Shown one piece after another: positions 34,784-44,254 of a stretch of 64,000 nucleotides of DNA (position 1 is its first letter; every line of letters begins with the position of its first letter). The notes beneath the pieces are model-generated. The model saw only the letters and a program-made list of their open reading frames with translations. It was not told where the DNA came from and searched no databases. The DNA is taken from the NCBI GenBank assembly GCA_045561055.1, contig JBJKYL010000013.1, forward strand, positions 64,495-128,494, read 5' to 3'. Both the position numbers and the translations under genes were made by a program. This DNA comes from Candidatus Rariloculaceae bacterium. Its GTDB lineage: Bacteria; Pseudomonadota; Gammaproteobacteria; Steroidobacterales; Rariloculaceae.

Positions 34784-37170
34784 TGCAAATTAAATCTAAC
34801 GGTCGCGCGATAGGTCAATCGCTACTTCGGCGCGAGGACCGACGTTTGATTACCGGGCAAGGCCGCTTCAGCGATGATTTTAATCTTCCAGGCCAGTGTT
34901 ACGCCCAGCTCCTTCGGTCCCCTTACGCTCATGCGACGATAGAAAATATTGATGTTAGCGAGGCGTCTCATTTGCCGGGCGTTGTTGCGATTCTGACAGG
35001 TCAACACTGGAAGGTAGACGGTCACCGTAACATTCCTCATGTTGCCGATCCGGCAGACGGATGTGACCCAAGTTTCAAGACGTTCGCGGGCCGTGGTGGA
35101 TTCGTATTTGATGACGGGCAGCCCGTTATCGCCATAGATAAAGTGCGTCATGTAGGTGAGCCTGTAGCGATTGTGATTGCGGAATCTATTGATGTTGCGA
35201 GGAACGCAGTCGAGCAGATTGAGGTGGACTATCATGAACTGCCCGCGCATTCCATGATTGAAGCTGCATTGAAGTCTGATACCGATCTGATTTGGGATGG
35301 TGCGCCTGAAAATGTTTGTCTCGATACGCATATGTGGGACGAAGAAGTGATAGTCGACGCGGCCTTTGGGAATGCGGCACACGTTATTGAGAAAAAATTC
35401 GTCACAAACCGAGTGGTAGGTGGGCAAACTGAACCCAGGAGTGGCATCGGTAGTTTCGACAAAAAAAGCGGGCAGTACTTTTTATATGCCGGTAGCCAGG
35501 GGTCCATTCGTTTGAGAAATGGTTTGGCGCATGTGTTTGGTGTTTCTCCTGACAAGGTACGTGTCGTATCAGAAGATGTCGGCGGTGGTTTTGGCCCACG
35601 AAATTTTCTTTATCCCGATTTCGCTTTGTTACCTTGGGCCGCGCGGCGTATCGGTCGACCGGTGAAGTGGACGTCGACGCGTAGCGAGGCTTTTCAAAGT
35701 GATACGCAAGGCCGAGATAATATTTTAAATCTTTCCTTCGCTTTCGACGAGCAGCATCGGTTCGTAGCCGTGAAACTGGATTTTCTCGCTAATATCGGTG
35801 CCGCACCTGTTTCGTATGCACCAGTACAAAATGTGGCGCGCCTTACGACGTCGACCTACGATGTTCCTCTTACGCATACGCGTGTTCGGGGCGTACTGTC
35901 AAATACCGTTCCGACAGGTCCGTATCGCGGTGCTGGTCGGCCCGAGCTTGTGTATGCATTCGAGAGATTATTAGATATTTATGCGAGAGAGCAGGGGATC
36001 GATCGGATTGAATTAAGACGTAACAATCTGATTAGCCCCGATGTATTGCCTTATCAGGGAAGGACGGGGCTCGTTATCGATTCCGGTGAGTTCGAAAAAA
36101 CGATGAATCTAGCGATGGAGAAAATTGATTGGACTGGTTTCGAACAGCGGCGCGCAGATTCGTTGGCTGCTGGGCGCTTTCGTGGTATCGGGCTCGCAAG
36201 CTTCATGGAAATTCCAGTTGGTTTTCCGCATGAATCGATAAGACTTACAGTTCGCGGTGATAATAGGGTTGAGATAGTTGTTGGTACCCAGTGTATGGGT
36301 ATGGGGCATGCTACGGTTTTCCCTCAAGTGCTTTCTGACCAGTTGGGTATTTCTGTGGAGTCGATCAATCTTGTGACCGGTGACACGGATCAGTCAACGG
36401 TTGGCGGCGGTTCGCACTCGGATCGATCTATGCGTCTAGTTGGCACGTTAATTCTTAAAGCGTCTGAAGCGCTCATTGAGAAGGCTATGCCGCTCGCCGC
36501 ACAGAGACTCTGCGCTGAAGAGTCTAGTATTCATTTTGAACAGGGCGGGTTCCGTAGTGACGATACGGGTTCAGTAATTGGCTTGTTCGAGTTGGTAGCC
36601 TCGTGTGAGGACATAAAAGCAAATGATGACGGGATTAGGGTTCTAGTAATCGATGCGGAGATTCATGATCGGCTGCCGGCATATCCGAATGGTTGCGCGT
36701 GCTCTGAAGTCGAGATTGATCCACAAACGGGGAAAATCGAGTTGCTCCGCCATACGCTCGTTCACGATGCGGGCTTGGAAATTAATCCGATGATCTTGGA
36801 GGGTCAGAGTCACGGCGGTATTGCCCAGGGAATTGGGCAGGCGATGTGTGAGAGTTTCGTCTATGCTGACGAGGGAGCGCAAATACTTTCCGGAAGCTTC
36901 ATGGATTATTGCCTGCCGCGAGCCGATGACTTGCCTAACTTTACTATTGGGTCAAACCCGACGGCTACGGACAGCAACCCGTTAGGGATAAAAGGTGGCG
37001 GTGAGAGTGGGACGACTGCGGCGTTAGGCGCGTTCTTTAATGCTGCCAGCGATGCTCTTGTTTCTATCGGTATAGAAGAGGTGCCAATGCCTGCAACATC
37101 GAGTCAAATATGGCAGCTAATTCAATCCGCGCGGGATGAATCTTCCAATGAGGATAGGTCGGTCGCGTAG
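34783..37170 (+). CDS. Xanthine dehydrogenase/aldehyde oxidase-family molybdopterin-binding large subunit (CoxL-like, not form I CODH)
   Basis: GQSLLRREDRRLITGQGRFSDD N-terminus. The active-site loop reads GPYRGAGRPE, i.e. the generic AYRGAGR type rather than the AYRCSFR of true CO dehydrogenases. GGGFG motif (DVGGGFGPR). 795 aa. Confidence 0.9.
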   Translation: MQIKSNGRAIGQSLLRREDRRLITGQGRFSDDFNLPGQCYAQLLRSPYAHATIENIDVSEASHLPGVVAILTGQHWKVDGHRNIPHVADPADGCDPSFKTFAGRGGFVFDDGQPVIAIDKVRHVGEPVAIVIAESIDVARNAVEQIEVDYHELPAHSMIEAALKSDTDLIWDGAPENVCLDTHMWDEEVIVDAAFGNAAHVIEKKFVTNRVVGGQTEPRSGIGSFDKKSGQYFLYAGSQGSIRLRNGLAHVFGVSPDKVRVVSEDVGGGFGPRNFLYPDFALLPWAARRIGRPVKWTSTRSEAFQSDTQGRDNILNLSFAFDEQHRFVAVKLDFLANIGAAPVSYAPVQNVARLTTSTYDVPLTHTRVRGVLSNTVPTGPYRGAGRPELVYAFERLLDIYAREQGIDRIELRRNNLISPDVLPYQGRTGLVIDSGEFEKTMNLAMEKIDWTGFEQRRADSLAAGRFRGIGLASFMEIPVGFPHESIRLTVRGDNRVEIVVGTQCMGMGHATVFPQVLSDQLGISVESINLVTGDTDQSTVGGGSHSDRSMRLVGTLILKASEALIEKAMPLAAQRLCAEESSIHFEQGGFRSDDTGSVIGLFELVASCEDIKANDDGIRVLVIDAEIHDRLPAYPNGCACSEVEIDPQTGKIELLRHTLVHDAGLEINPMILEGQSHGGIAQGIGQAMCESFVYADEGAQILSGSFMDYCLPRADDLPNFTIGSNPTATDSNPLGIKGGGESGTTAALGAFFNAASDALVSIGIEEVPMPATSSQIWQLIQSARDESSNEDRSVA

Positions 37171-37172
37171 CG

Positions 37173-38495
37173 TCAGGCGGTAGATTCCTGGGTCTCGGGT
37201 AGCCTGATCAAAAACATCAATAGTAATCCCAGTATCTGCGGGACTGCGAAGACCCAATAGACTATTTCACTACTCCAGCCGGCGGCAAATAATAGTCCAG
37301 CGAAGACTGGGCTTCCGGTAGAGCCTATTCGCCCGATTCCGATTGCCCAACCGACGCCAGTAGTACGAATGTTCGCGGGGTAGAGGCGTGCAGCGATTGC
37401 GAAGAGACCCGCAATACAACCATAAACGAAGAAACCAATTGCCGTTGCGAGGATGATAATCAGATTGAGTTGTGTTCCGACGAACGACAACGCCACGATG
37501 GCTAGCATGCAGCCAAAGAAGTACCATTTGATCATTCGGAAGAGCCCTATCCGCGTTGAATGATAGCCGAGCAGTAGCATACCGACAGCACCACCGATGC
37601 CATAGAAGATGTTTGCGGAGATACCCTGTGAGAGGGCTAATCCAGCCTCCGTAAGAATAGTCGGTAACCAGCTTTGGAAGAAGAACAGTGTTGCAAATGC
37701 GCAAAAGAAAGCGCCCCAGAGAGCAAAAGTTGAGCGCCGCGTTGCGGGTGAGAATAGTGTAGATAGCTTCGGACGTTTCTCAACTGTCTGTTTCGCCGGT
37801 AAGCTTGTTAACGCAGTCCGGCCTATACGAGCGAGAATTTCGTTTGCTTTTTTAAGTGCTTTTTTCGGTTGTTTTGTAAGTAGGAAGTCTATCGATTCTG
37901 GTAGGCCAAAAAAGACAACCGGAAGCATCAGCGTCGAGACCACACCAGCGAGCACGAAGATTGAGCGCCAACCATAGACGCCGATGATACTCGCCGCAAC
38001 TAATCCACCGAGAATTGCACCGGCCGTGAAGCCGAGATGCATAAAGCTGAGCGCGAAATTACGCCGCTCCTCTGATGAATATTCCGCGACTAGTGTGTTC
38101 AGGCTTGCGAGAATTGCTCCGATACCTAGCCCAGTCAGGAAGCGGGCGGCGATAACTAAATTGAGCGAGGGCGCTGCAGCCGTCGCGAATAATCCTACGG
38201 TTATAACCACTAAGAACGCGAGAATTGTATTGCGTCGTCCGTAGATATCTGCGAGCGGTGCAAGTAGAAAAGAGGCGACAGTCATTCCGGCAACGCCAGA
38301 ACTAAATAAGAGTCCGAGTTGTTCTGGTGTGACACCCCATTCGGTGCGAATCACTGGTGCAGCAAACGCAATAATGAACAGATCGAAACCGTCGAGTGTG
38401 TTCAGGATCCAGCAAATAATAACTACCCGTATTTGTAGCGGAGCCATTTTCTGTTGGCCTAGTGCATAAGTGACGCCGGTGTTTGACGTATTCAT
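37173..38495 (-). CDS. MFS transporter, aromatic acid:H+ symporter (PcaK/BenK-like) family
   Basis: LDGFDLFIIAFAAPVIRTEWGVTPEQLGLLFSSGVAGMTVASFLLAPLADIYGRRN matches the AAHS-family N-terminal signature. Twelve hydrophobic segments by eye. Confidence 0.85.
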   Translation of the reverse strand: MNTSNTGVTYALGQQKMAPLQIRVVIICWILNTLDGFDLFIIAFAAPVIRTEWGVTPEQLGLLFSSGVAGMTVASFLLAPLADIYGRRNTILAFLVVITVGLFATAAAPSLNLVIAARFLTGLGIGAILASLNTLVAEYSSEERRNFALSFMHLGFTAGAILGGLVAASIIGVYGWRSIFVLAGVVSTLMLPVVFFGLPESIDFLLTKQPKKALKKANEILARIGRTALTSLPAKQTVEKRPKLSTLFSPATRRSTFALWGAFFCAFATLFFFQSWLPTILTEAGLALSQGISANIFYGIGGAVGMLLLGYHSTRIGLFRMIKWYFFGCMLAIVALSFVGTQLNLIIILATAIGFFVYGCIAGLFAIAARLYPANIRTTGVGWAIGIGRIGSTGSPVFAGLLFAAGWSSEIVYWVFAVPQILGLLLMFLIRLPETQESTA

Positions 38496-38506
38496 CTATT
38501 CGTACC

Positions 38507-39367
38507 TCACTGATTTATTTTACTGTCGAGCTTTTCAACAGTATTTTTCAACGTGCCGATTCCTGTGATTTCTACTTCAACTGTGTCCCCGGGTTTCAGA
38601 TAGATAGGTGGATTATGTCCATGACCTACGCCGCCTGTTGTGCCCGTGGAGATGATATCCCCCGGATGGAGTTCTACAATACCTGAGAAATACGATACTA
38701 AGCTCGGAACATCGTGAATTAGGTCGCTAATACTAGCTGATTGCATTACCTCACCGTTAAGACGTGTTTCCAATCGCGTGTTCGACCAATTCGGTGCCGC
38801 ATCGCGTGTAACCATACAGGGCCCCACAGCTCCGGATCGCCAAAAGTTCTTGCCCTGGAACGTTGTGCGTTTCTGATAGTCCCTAACGGATCCGTCCATT
38901 AGGATTGTATATCCCGCAACGTATTCCATGGCATCAATTTTGGAGATGCGGTGGCAGCGTTTGCCAATCACGATACAGTACTCGCCTTCATAGTCGTATT
39001 GGACTGAGAGTGTCGGCATGGCAAGCGGCTGCATATGTCCGACAATGGCTTGCCGGCTCTTGGAAAAACCGCGTGGATAGGGTTCCGCTGTCCGTCCCAA
39101 CTCCTGAAGGTGATCACGGTAATTCAAGCCATGACAGATGAAATTAACTGGTTCTGAGGTAAGCGGCAGAAATGCCACGTCGGTAGGTTGAAAGTCTGGG
39201 ATTGTATTGGTGGCGGTATCTCCAGCAAGGTCAAGCGCATCGTTTTCGATGAGATTCACTAGGGTCGGATACTGATCGCCAATACGGCTACCCAGATCAA
39301 CGATTCCTTTCTCGTTGATTACACCATAAGAGTCGATGTTATCAAGCGTATAGCTACAAAGTTTCAT
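38507..39367 (-). CDS. Fumarylacetoacetate hydrolase (FAH) family protein
   Basis: FICHGLNYRDHLQE, YEGEYCIVIGK and ISTGTTGGVG are FAH-fold motifs. 286 aa, cytoplasmic. Confidence 0.85.
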   Translation of the reverse strand: MKLCSYTLDNIDSYGVINEKGIVDLGSRIGDQYPTLVNLIENDALDLAGDTATNTIPDFQPTDVAFLPLTSEPVNFICHGLNYRDHLQELGRTAEPYPRGFSKSRQAIVGHMQPLAMPTLSVQYDYEGEYCIVIGKRCHRISKIDAMEYVAGYTILMDGSVRDYQKRTTFQGKNFWRSGAVGPCMVTRDAAPNWSNTRLETRLNGEVMQSASISDLIHDVPSLVSYFSGIVELHPGDIISTGTTGGVGHGHNPPIYLKPGDTVEVEITGIGTLKNTVEKLDSKINQ

Positions 39368-39613
39368 ATCATAATCAAGTTTGACACGATTCCCTCACTA
39401 CAATCAGAGAGCGTGATTCAAAATAGTAATGAGTAAACGATAAAATATTATCACTTGCGTTAAAATCGCATCGGCTCTGCAAAATTGTGTCCATCTACAA
39501 TATCATCAAGACGGTACTACTTCCTGCTTGCCGTTATAATAAGTGATCACATTTGTGAATATGCTTCCGAATTTAGTGAGTAAATATTAATGAATCTTCG
39601 TGCAGAGTGGAAT

Positions 39614-40177
39614 ATGAAAAATAGGTTTCTACTCGCAGTTATTGCCAGTGGACTCGTTCTGTTTTCTGATTTAGCAATATCGCACCATTCTTTTGCGCAG
39701 AGACTTGCAGGCGAAATAGAGTCGCTTGAATTTTATGACGGTACGATTGATCTTTATAGGATGCTCAATCCTCACAGCGCGCTGTTTCTGACGCTCGAAA
39801 ATGAGGACGGGAGTAACGCCGAATGGCTTATAGAACTCAGTTCTGCGTCGACGCTAGGCCGCGAAGGCTGGACGCCAGAATTACTCAGTTCGGGAGATCG
39901 AGTCTCCGTCGCGATCTTAGCGTCACGGACACCGAATCGTGGGCGACTTCGCGCTATGCTGGTGCATGGAACGAGTGATACAGAATCATCGAGACTTATC
40001 GTCGCATACGGTATCCGGGGAGACACGCCGATCATGCGACGACTGCGAGATAGGCTTCCGACGTGCGTGGGTATGGAAGGAAAGCTTAATAGAGGCGAGT
40101 GTTTTGTTGTGTCGCATGCCGTTTTACAAGATTTAGAAAATGAGTTTCCAGGGCAGATGGGTTATGTGATGCCATGA
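39614..40177 (+). CDS. Exported N-module-only protein (His-His/NPH) with extra C-terminal tail, paralog S4
   Basis: ORF track starts at 39590. ATG 39614 gives MKNRFLLAVIASGLVLFSDLAIS|HHSFAQRL, then RMLNPHSALFLTLENEDG, WLIELS and GDRVSVAI. The stop overlaps the next start as ATGA (40174-40177). Confidence 0.75.
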   Translation: MKNRFLLAVIASGLVLFSDLAISHHSFAQRLAGEIESLEFYDGTIDLYRMLNPHSALFLTLENEDGSNAEWLIELSSASTLGREGWTPELLSSGDRVSVAILASRTPNRGRLRAMLVHGTSDTESSRLIVAYGIRGDTPIMRRLRDRLPTCVGMEGKLNRGECFVVSHAVLQDLENEFPGQMGYVMP

Positions 40178-40905
40178 AAATATTTATTGGTCAATTGTTA
40201 TCAGAGAGAGTAGCGTTTTTTCTTGTAGCAGTAATGGGTGGTTTCTTCAGTTCTATTGTTTTTTCGCAACCACCGGATTTCTTCGGTAGATATGTAGGTG
40301 TATTGACGATAGAAGAGCCGGCAGAATATCTCCTTACCGAGCTAGGCCAGGATTCTTACGACAACTATGATCCTAACTATGGGGATCCGCGACAGTGGGA
40401 TGACTGCGCACTAGAAGGGATCCCACCGCTTTTGTTTACGCCCGGCGTCGCGACCGTTGACCTGCTTGAGCTCGACGACGGTAATATTGAGATGCGATAC
40501 GAACGCGATGATGCGATACGCACCGTGCACATGAATTTAGAAGGATTTTCTGAGGATCAATCCGATTCTCCACTAGGTTACTCGCACGGATATTGGATCG
40601 ATAACATACTAACCATAGAAACTTCGAGTTTGGCGGGAGGCGTTGTCATTGCCCAGAAGCGCTATCCAATAAGTGTGGATGCTCATGTGACCGAGCGCTA
40701 TTGGCGTGAGCCAGGTGATAATGATTTAAAGATGGAGGTTGTGGTCGACGATCCCGTGAACTATAGAAAACCGATCAAGATCGGACGGACCTGGGTCTGG
40801 TCGCCAGATGCGCCGCTTTTGCCATGGGATTGTGTCGGCCTCGGACAAAGACATAGCGAAGATTTAGATATTAGTGAACTCAGACGCATGCTAGAAGAGC
40901 AATAA
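40174..40905 (+). CDS. Exported C-module-only protein, paralog C3
   Basis: Hydrophobic N-terminus, then WDDCALEGIPP, LGYSHGYWIDNILTIETSS, TERYWREPGD, VDDPVNYRKP and PWDCV. Ends 11 nt before the coxG-like gene. Confidence 0.75.
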   Translation: MKIFIGQLLSERVAFFLVAVMGGFFSSIVFSQPPDFFGRYVGVLTIEEPAEYLLTELGQDSYDNYDPNYGDPRQWDDCALEGIPPLLFTPGVATVDLLELDDGNIEMRYERDDAIRTVHMNLEGFSEDQSDSPLGYSHGYWIDNILTIETSSLAGGVVIAQKRYPISVDAHVTERYWREPGDNDLKMEVVVDDPVNYRKPIKIGRTWVWSPDAPLLPWDCVGLGQRHSEDLDISELRRMLEEQ

Positions 40906-40916
40906 ATTAGTTTCGG

Positions 40917-41483
40917 ATGGATATCTCTGGTGAATATCGTTTGTCGATGGGGCGTCAAGAAGTTTGGGATGCGCTCCTAGATCCATCGATTCTTCGTCGC
41001 TGTATCCCCGGTTGCGAGGAGTTAGAGCAGCTAGGGGACGATCGATATCGTGCGAAGGTCAGAGCCGCAATCGGTCCAGTCAAAGCGACCTTCACGAGTA
41101 CGCTCGAAATTACGAATTCAAATCCGCCGAATAGTTACCGGTTGGAAGGAGAAGGGAAGGCAGGCGCCATTGGTTTTGGCAAAGGTTTTTCAGACGTAAC
41201 GTTGATCGATGAAAATGGAGTCACAGTGCTTCGTTATTCGGCAGAGTTTCAGGTAGGGGGACGTCTCGCGCAACTCGGTTCTCGCCTAGTAGTTGCCGCA
41301 ACAAGAAAAATAGCGGACGAGTTTTTTAATCGATTGACTAACGATATTGATGATAGCGCAGAGCGTATAGTGCCAGACATAGCCGTGGGACCTAGCCGAA
41401 AAGCTTGGGCTTTTGTAGCGCTTGCAGGGGTAGTATTAGTAGTTGCTATTTGGTGCTTGTGGGGCTTTTGGGCTACGAATTAG
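40917..41483 (+). CDS. CoxG-like SRPBCC protein with C-terminal membrane anchor
   Basis: MDISGEYRLSMGRQEVWDALLDPSILRRCIPGCEELEQLGDDRYRAKV is the CoxG/SRPBCC signature. The C-terminus WAFVALAGVVLVVAIWCLWGFW is a single hydrophobic helix. Confidence 0.8.
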   Translation: MDISGEYRLSMGRQEVWDALLDPSILRRCIPGCEELEQLGDDRYRAKVRAAIGPVKATFTSTLEITNSNPPNSYRLEGEGKAGAIGFGKGFSDVTLIDENGVTVLRYSAEFQVGGRLAQLGSRLVVAATRKIADEFFNRLTNDIDDSAERIVPDIAVGPSRKAWAFVALAGVVLVVAIWCLWGFWATN

Positions 41484-41501
41484 ATCTTAAGGATGGGATG
41501 A

Positions 41502-41975
41502 GTGACAGTTTCAATTTCATTGACAGTGAACGGTGAATCGGTCTCCGCTGAAGTCGATTCCCGTATGCTTCTCGTAGAGTTACTACGCGAGGAACTCGGA
41601 CTGACCGGAACGCACGTTGGTTGTGATACTAGTCAATGTGGTTGCTGTGTCGTGCACATGGACGGTAGATCGGTAAAGAGCTGTTCGATTCTTGCTGTTA
41701 CTGCTAGAGATGCTGATGTGACTACAATCGAAGGTTTAGCATCGGGAGATACACTCCACCCGATGCAACAGGCATTCCACGAAAATCACGGTCTACAATG
41801 TGGTTTTTGTACGCCTGGGATGATCATGAGTGCAGTAGACCTTGTTGAGCGGAATCCGGATCCGAGCGAGGCTGAGATTCGTAAATGGCTCGACGGTAAT
41901 TTATGTAGGTGCACCGGTTACCATAATATTGTCAAATCTATAAAGGCTGCTGCTGCTGCCGTTCGGGGCGATTGA
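41502..41975 (+). CDS. [2Fe-2S]-binding small subunit of a molybdenum hydroxylase (CoxS-like)
   Basis: [11 protein letters not shown] (plant-type cluster), and [12 protein letters not shown] plus CRCTGY (second cluster). 157 aa. Confidence 0.9.
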   Translation: MTVSISLTVNGESVSAEVDSRMLLVELLREELGLTGTHVGCDTSQCGCCVVHMDGRSVKSCSILAVTARDADVTTIEGLASGDTLHPMQQAFHENHGLQCGFCTPGMIMSAVDLVERNPDPSEAEIRKWLDGNLCRCTGYHNIVKSIKAAAAAVRGD

Positions 41976-41976
41976 A

Positions 41977-42777
41977 GTGTATCCGTTTGACTATCACCGG
42001 CCTACTTCATTGAAAGAGGCTACCAATCTGTTCCAGGCCGCGGATGATCCGCAGTGGTTGGCTGGTGGTATGACACTACTTCCCGCGATGAAGCTGCGGC
42101 TTACAGCGCCGTCAAATCTTATCGACTTAGCGGGATTAGATGATCTCAAAGGGTTGGAAAAAATAAACGGGAGTATTCATGTTGGTGCGATGACGCTTCA
42201 TGATGTTGTTGCGAGGTCACCCGATGTACGTCAGAACATACCCGCACTGGCGGCGTTAGCCAGTGGTATTGGTGATTCCCAGGTGAGGAATCGGGGTACT
42301 ATTGGCGGCTCAATATCTAACAGCGATCCAGCTGCTGATTATCCTGCCGCTATCCTGGGACTAGACGCTACTATCATCACGACATGCCGTCAGATTGCGA
42401 GCGACGATTTTTTTACCAATCTTTTTGAGACGGCTTTAGAGTCTGGGGAAATAGTCAAACAGGTTAGCTTCCCTATTCCCGACTGTGCCGGTTACGTTAA
42501 GTTTCCGAATCCCGCTTCCCGCTATGCAATCGTAGGTGTTATGGTTTCGAAAACTGGTTCTGCGGTTCGAGTCGCGATTACAGGTGCTGGCGCTTCGGCT
42601 TTTCGTGTTGCAGAGATGGAGCAGGCGCTGATGGCTGATTTTAGGCCTGAGGTATTGCACGAGATTCAAATTTCTTCTGACGATCTTAACGAGGATCTTC
42701 ATGCTAGCGCTGAATATCGAGCCCACCTCGTTAACGTCATGGCGCGACGGGCGGTCGGGCTGGCTTGCGGCGCTTAG
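41977..42777 (+). CDS. FAD-binding medium subunit of a molybdenum hydroxylase (CoxM-like)
   Basis: GTG start 1 nt after the CoxS stop. YHRPTSLKEATNLF, AGGMTLLPAMKLRL, RNRGTIGGSISNSDPAADYP and HASAEYRAHL. Confidence 0.85.
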   Translation: MYPFDYHRPTSLKEATNLFQAADDPQWLAGGMTLLPAMKLRLTAPSNLIDLAGLDDLKGLEKINGSIHVGAMTLHDVVARSPDVRQNIPALAALASGIGDSQVRNRGTIGGSISNSDPAADYPAAILGLDATIITTCRQIASDDFFTNLFETALESGEIVKQVSFPIPDCAGYVKFPNPASRYAIVGVMVSKTGSAVRVAITGAGASAFRVAEMEQALMADFRPEVLHEIQISSDDLNEDLHASAEYRAHLVNVMARRAVGLACGA

Positions 42778-42833
42778 CTTTCTGCCATTTGCGATTAATA
42801 TTAGCCCCTAACGGTTAACGACTGAGGAGAGGT

Positions 42834-44201
42834 ATGGATCCAAATACAGCAGTTGCCACTAGTCCGTTGGTTGCGCTCCTCGCCTTTCTAGGTGTCATCG
42901 TGCTCCTGTTATTCCTTATTGCGAAGTGGCGCTGGCATGTGTTTCTCGCGTTGCTGGTTCCGTTACTGTTGTTCGGGATCGTACCCGGCGTGCAGCAAAA
43001 TAATTTTATCAACGCGTTCGAGACAGGTTTTGGTTCGACGCTTGGTTCGATCGGGGTAGTAATTGTGCTTGGCTCGATTATCGCAGAGGCGTTACGTCAC
43101 ACTGGTGCTATACAAACGATTACTCGCACTATGGTGCAGGCCGTTGGCACTAAACGAATGCCGTTGGCGCTTACGCTGACCGGCTTCGTCTTAGGTATCG
43201 CGATTTTTTCTGACGTAGCCTACGTCATTCTAAATCCTCTCGTGCACTCTGCCGCTAAGATGATGGGCGTCACGGTCAGTGTTATGTCGATCGGACTCGT
43301 TGGTTCGCTGCAGTTAACTCATGCGATCGTCCCGCCGACCCCAGGTCCGCTAGCTGCAGCTGCTCTCGTCGGTGCAGATATAGGTAAGACAATTATTTGC
43401 GGTACCGTGGCCTGTCTCGCGGGCTCACTGGCTGGTTGGGTTTGGGGTCAGTACATCGTCGGTCCTCGGATTAAGACGATGCCCTCGGACGAGTATGCTG
43501 GCGAAAACTTTCTAGAGGAAGATGCGGAAGGAAAGTTGCCAGGTCCTTTGGGGTCCTATGCACCAATACTCGTGCCGATTTTGTTGATTTCTGCCCAGAG
43601 TATCTCGCGGTTATTTCTCGACGAGGGACATATCATTCGTTCAGGATTAGCTTATATAGGCTGGCCGGTCGTGGCACTAAGTGTTGGGGTAATTCTTGCT
43701 TACCGGAATATAAAAACTCCGGAACATCGTAAGGACTCCAAGAATGCATGGGTGGAAGAGGCATTAAGAGTGTCCGCTATGATTCTTGTGGTAACAGGTC
43801 TTGGTGGTTCGCTGAGTGAAATTTTGAAGGCCACTCCTGCTGTCGACTATATTAGCGGCTTCTTTGCTTCTTACGGACTCCCCTCGATTCTTTTGCCATT
43901 CGTTGTCGGAATTATTGGTAACATGATTACCGGCTCCACTACAGTTGGCGTAATTACAGCAGCGTCTCTCGTAGCACCTATGCTCGGTAGCCTAGATTTA
44001 TCTCCTGAAGCTGCGATGTTAGCCGGAGCCAGCGGTTCGGTTATGATTAAATACGTGAACTCGAGTTACTTTTGGGTTTGTACTTCACTTAGCCGAGTAC
44101 CTGTTAATGACGCGATTCTTGGTTACGGAGGAGCTACGTTCGTTGGAGGTATTGCTTCTTTTCTTATGGTTTGCCTAATGTGGGCGATGGAATTTATTTA
44201 A
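42834..44201 (+). CDS. GntP-family (gluconate/organic acid:H+) permease
   Basis: 455 aa and highly hydrophobic. N-terminus LLFLIAKWRWHVFLALLV and the internal LGSIIAEALRHTGA are GntP-like. Confidence 0.75.
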   Translation: MDPNTAVATSPLVALLAFLGVIVLLLFLIAKWRWHVFLALLVPLLLFGIVPGVQQNNFINAFETGFGSTLGSIGVVIVLGSIIAEALRHTGAIQTITRTMVQAVGTKRMPLALTLTGFVLGIAIFSDVAYVILNPLVHSAAKMMGVTVSVMSIGLVGSLQLTHAIVPPTPGPLAAAALVGADIGKTIICGTVACLAGSLAGWVWGQYIVGPRIKTMPSDEYAGENFLEEDAEGKLPGPLGSYAPILVPILLISAQSISRLFLDEGHIIRSGLAYIGWPVVALSVGVILAYRNIKTPEHRKDSKNAWVEEALRVSAMILVVTGLGGSLSEILKATPAVDYISGFFASYGLPSILLPFVVGIIGNMITGSTTVGVITAASLVAPMLGSLDLSPEAAMLAGASGSVMIKYVNSSYFWVCTSLSRVPVNDAILGYGGATFVGGIASFLMVCLMWAMEFI

Positions 44202-44254
44202 GAACTATTTTGTACTGCGTTGCGTAGTTCGATAGTTTTAGATGGTGCTCAAAC

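Noticed and set aside
34783-37170. Carbon monoxide dehydrogenase (CoxL) call for the Mo-hydroxylase large subunit
   Set aside because: The active-site loop reads GPYRGAGRPE (AYRGAGR type) rather than the AYRCSFR motif of bona fide form I CODH. I therefore call it only a generic xanthine-dehydrogenase-family hydroxylase.
37270-38244. Several 86-144-aa ORFs (37270-37704, 37609-37977, 37984-38244)
   Set aside because: They are nested in other frames or on the other strand of the 12-TM MFS transporter gene (37173-38495). Their composition is off-frame-like (Arg/Pro/Ser rich) and they have no motifs.
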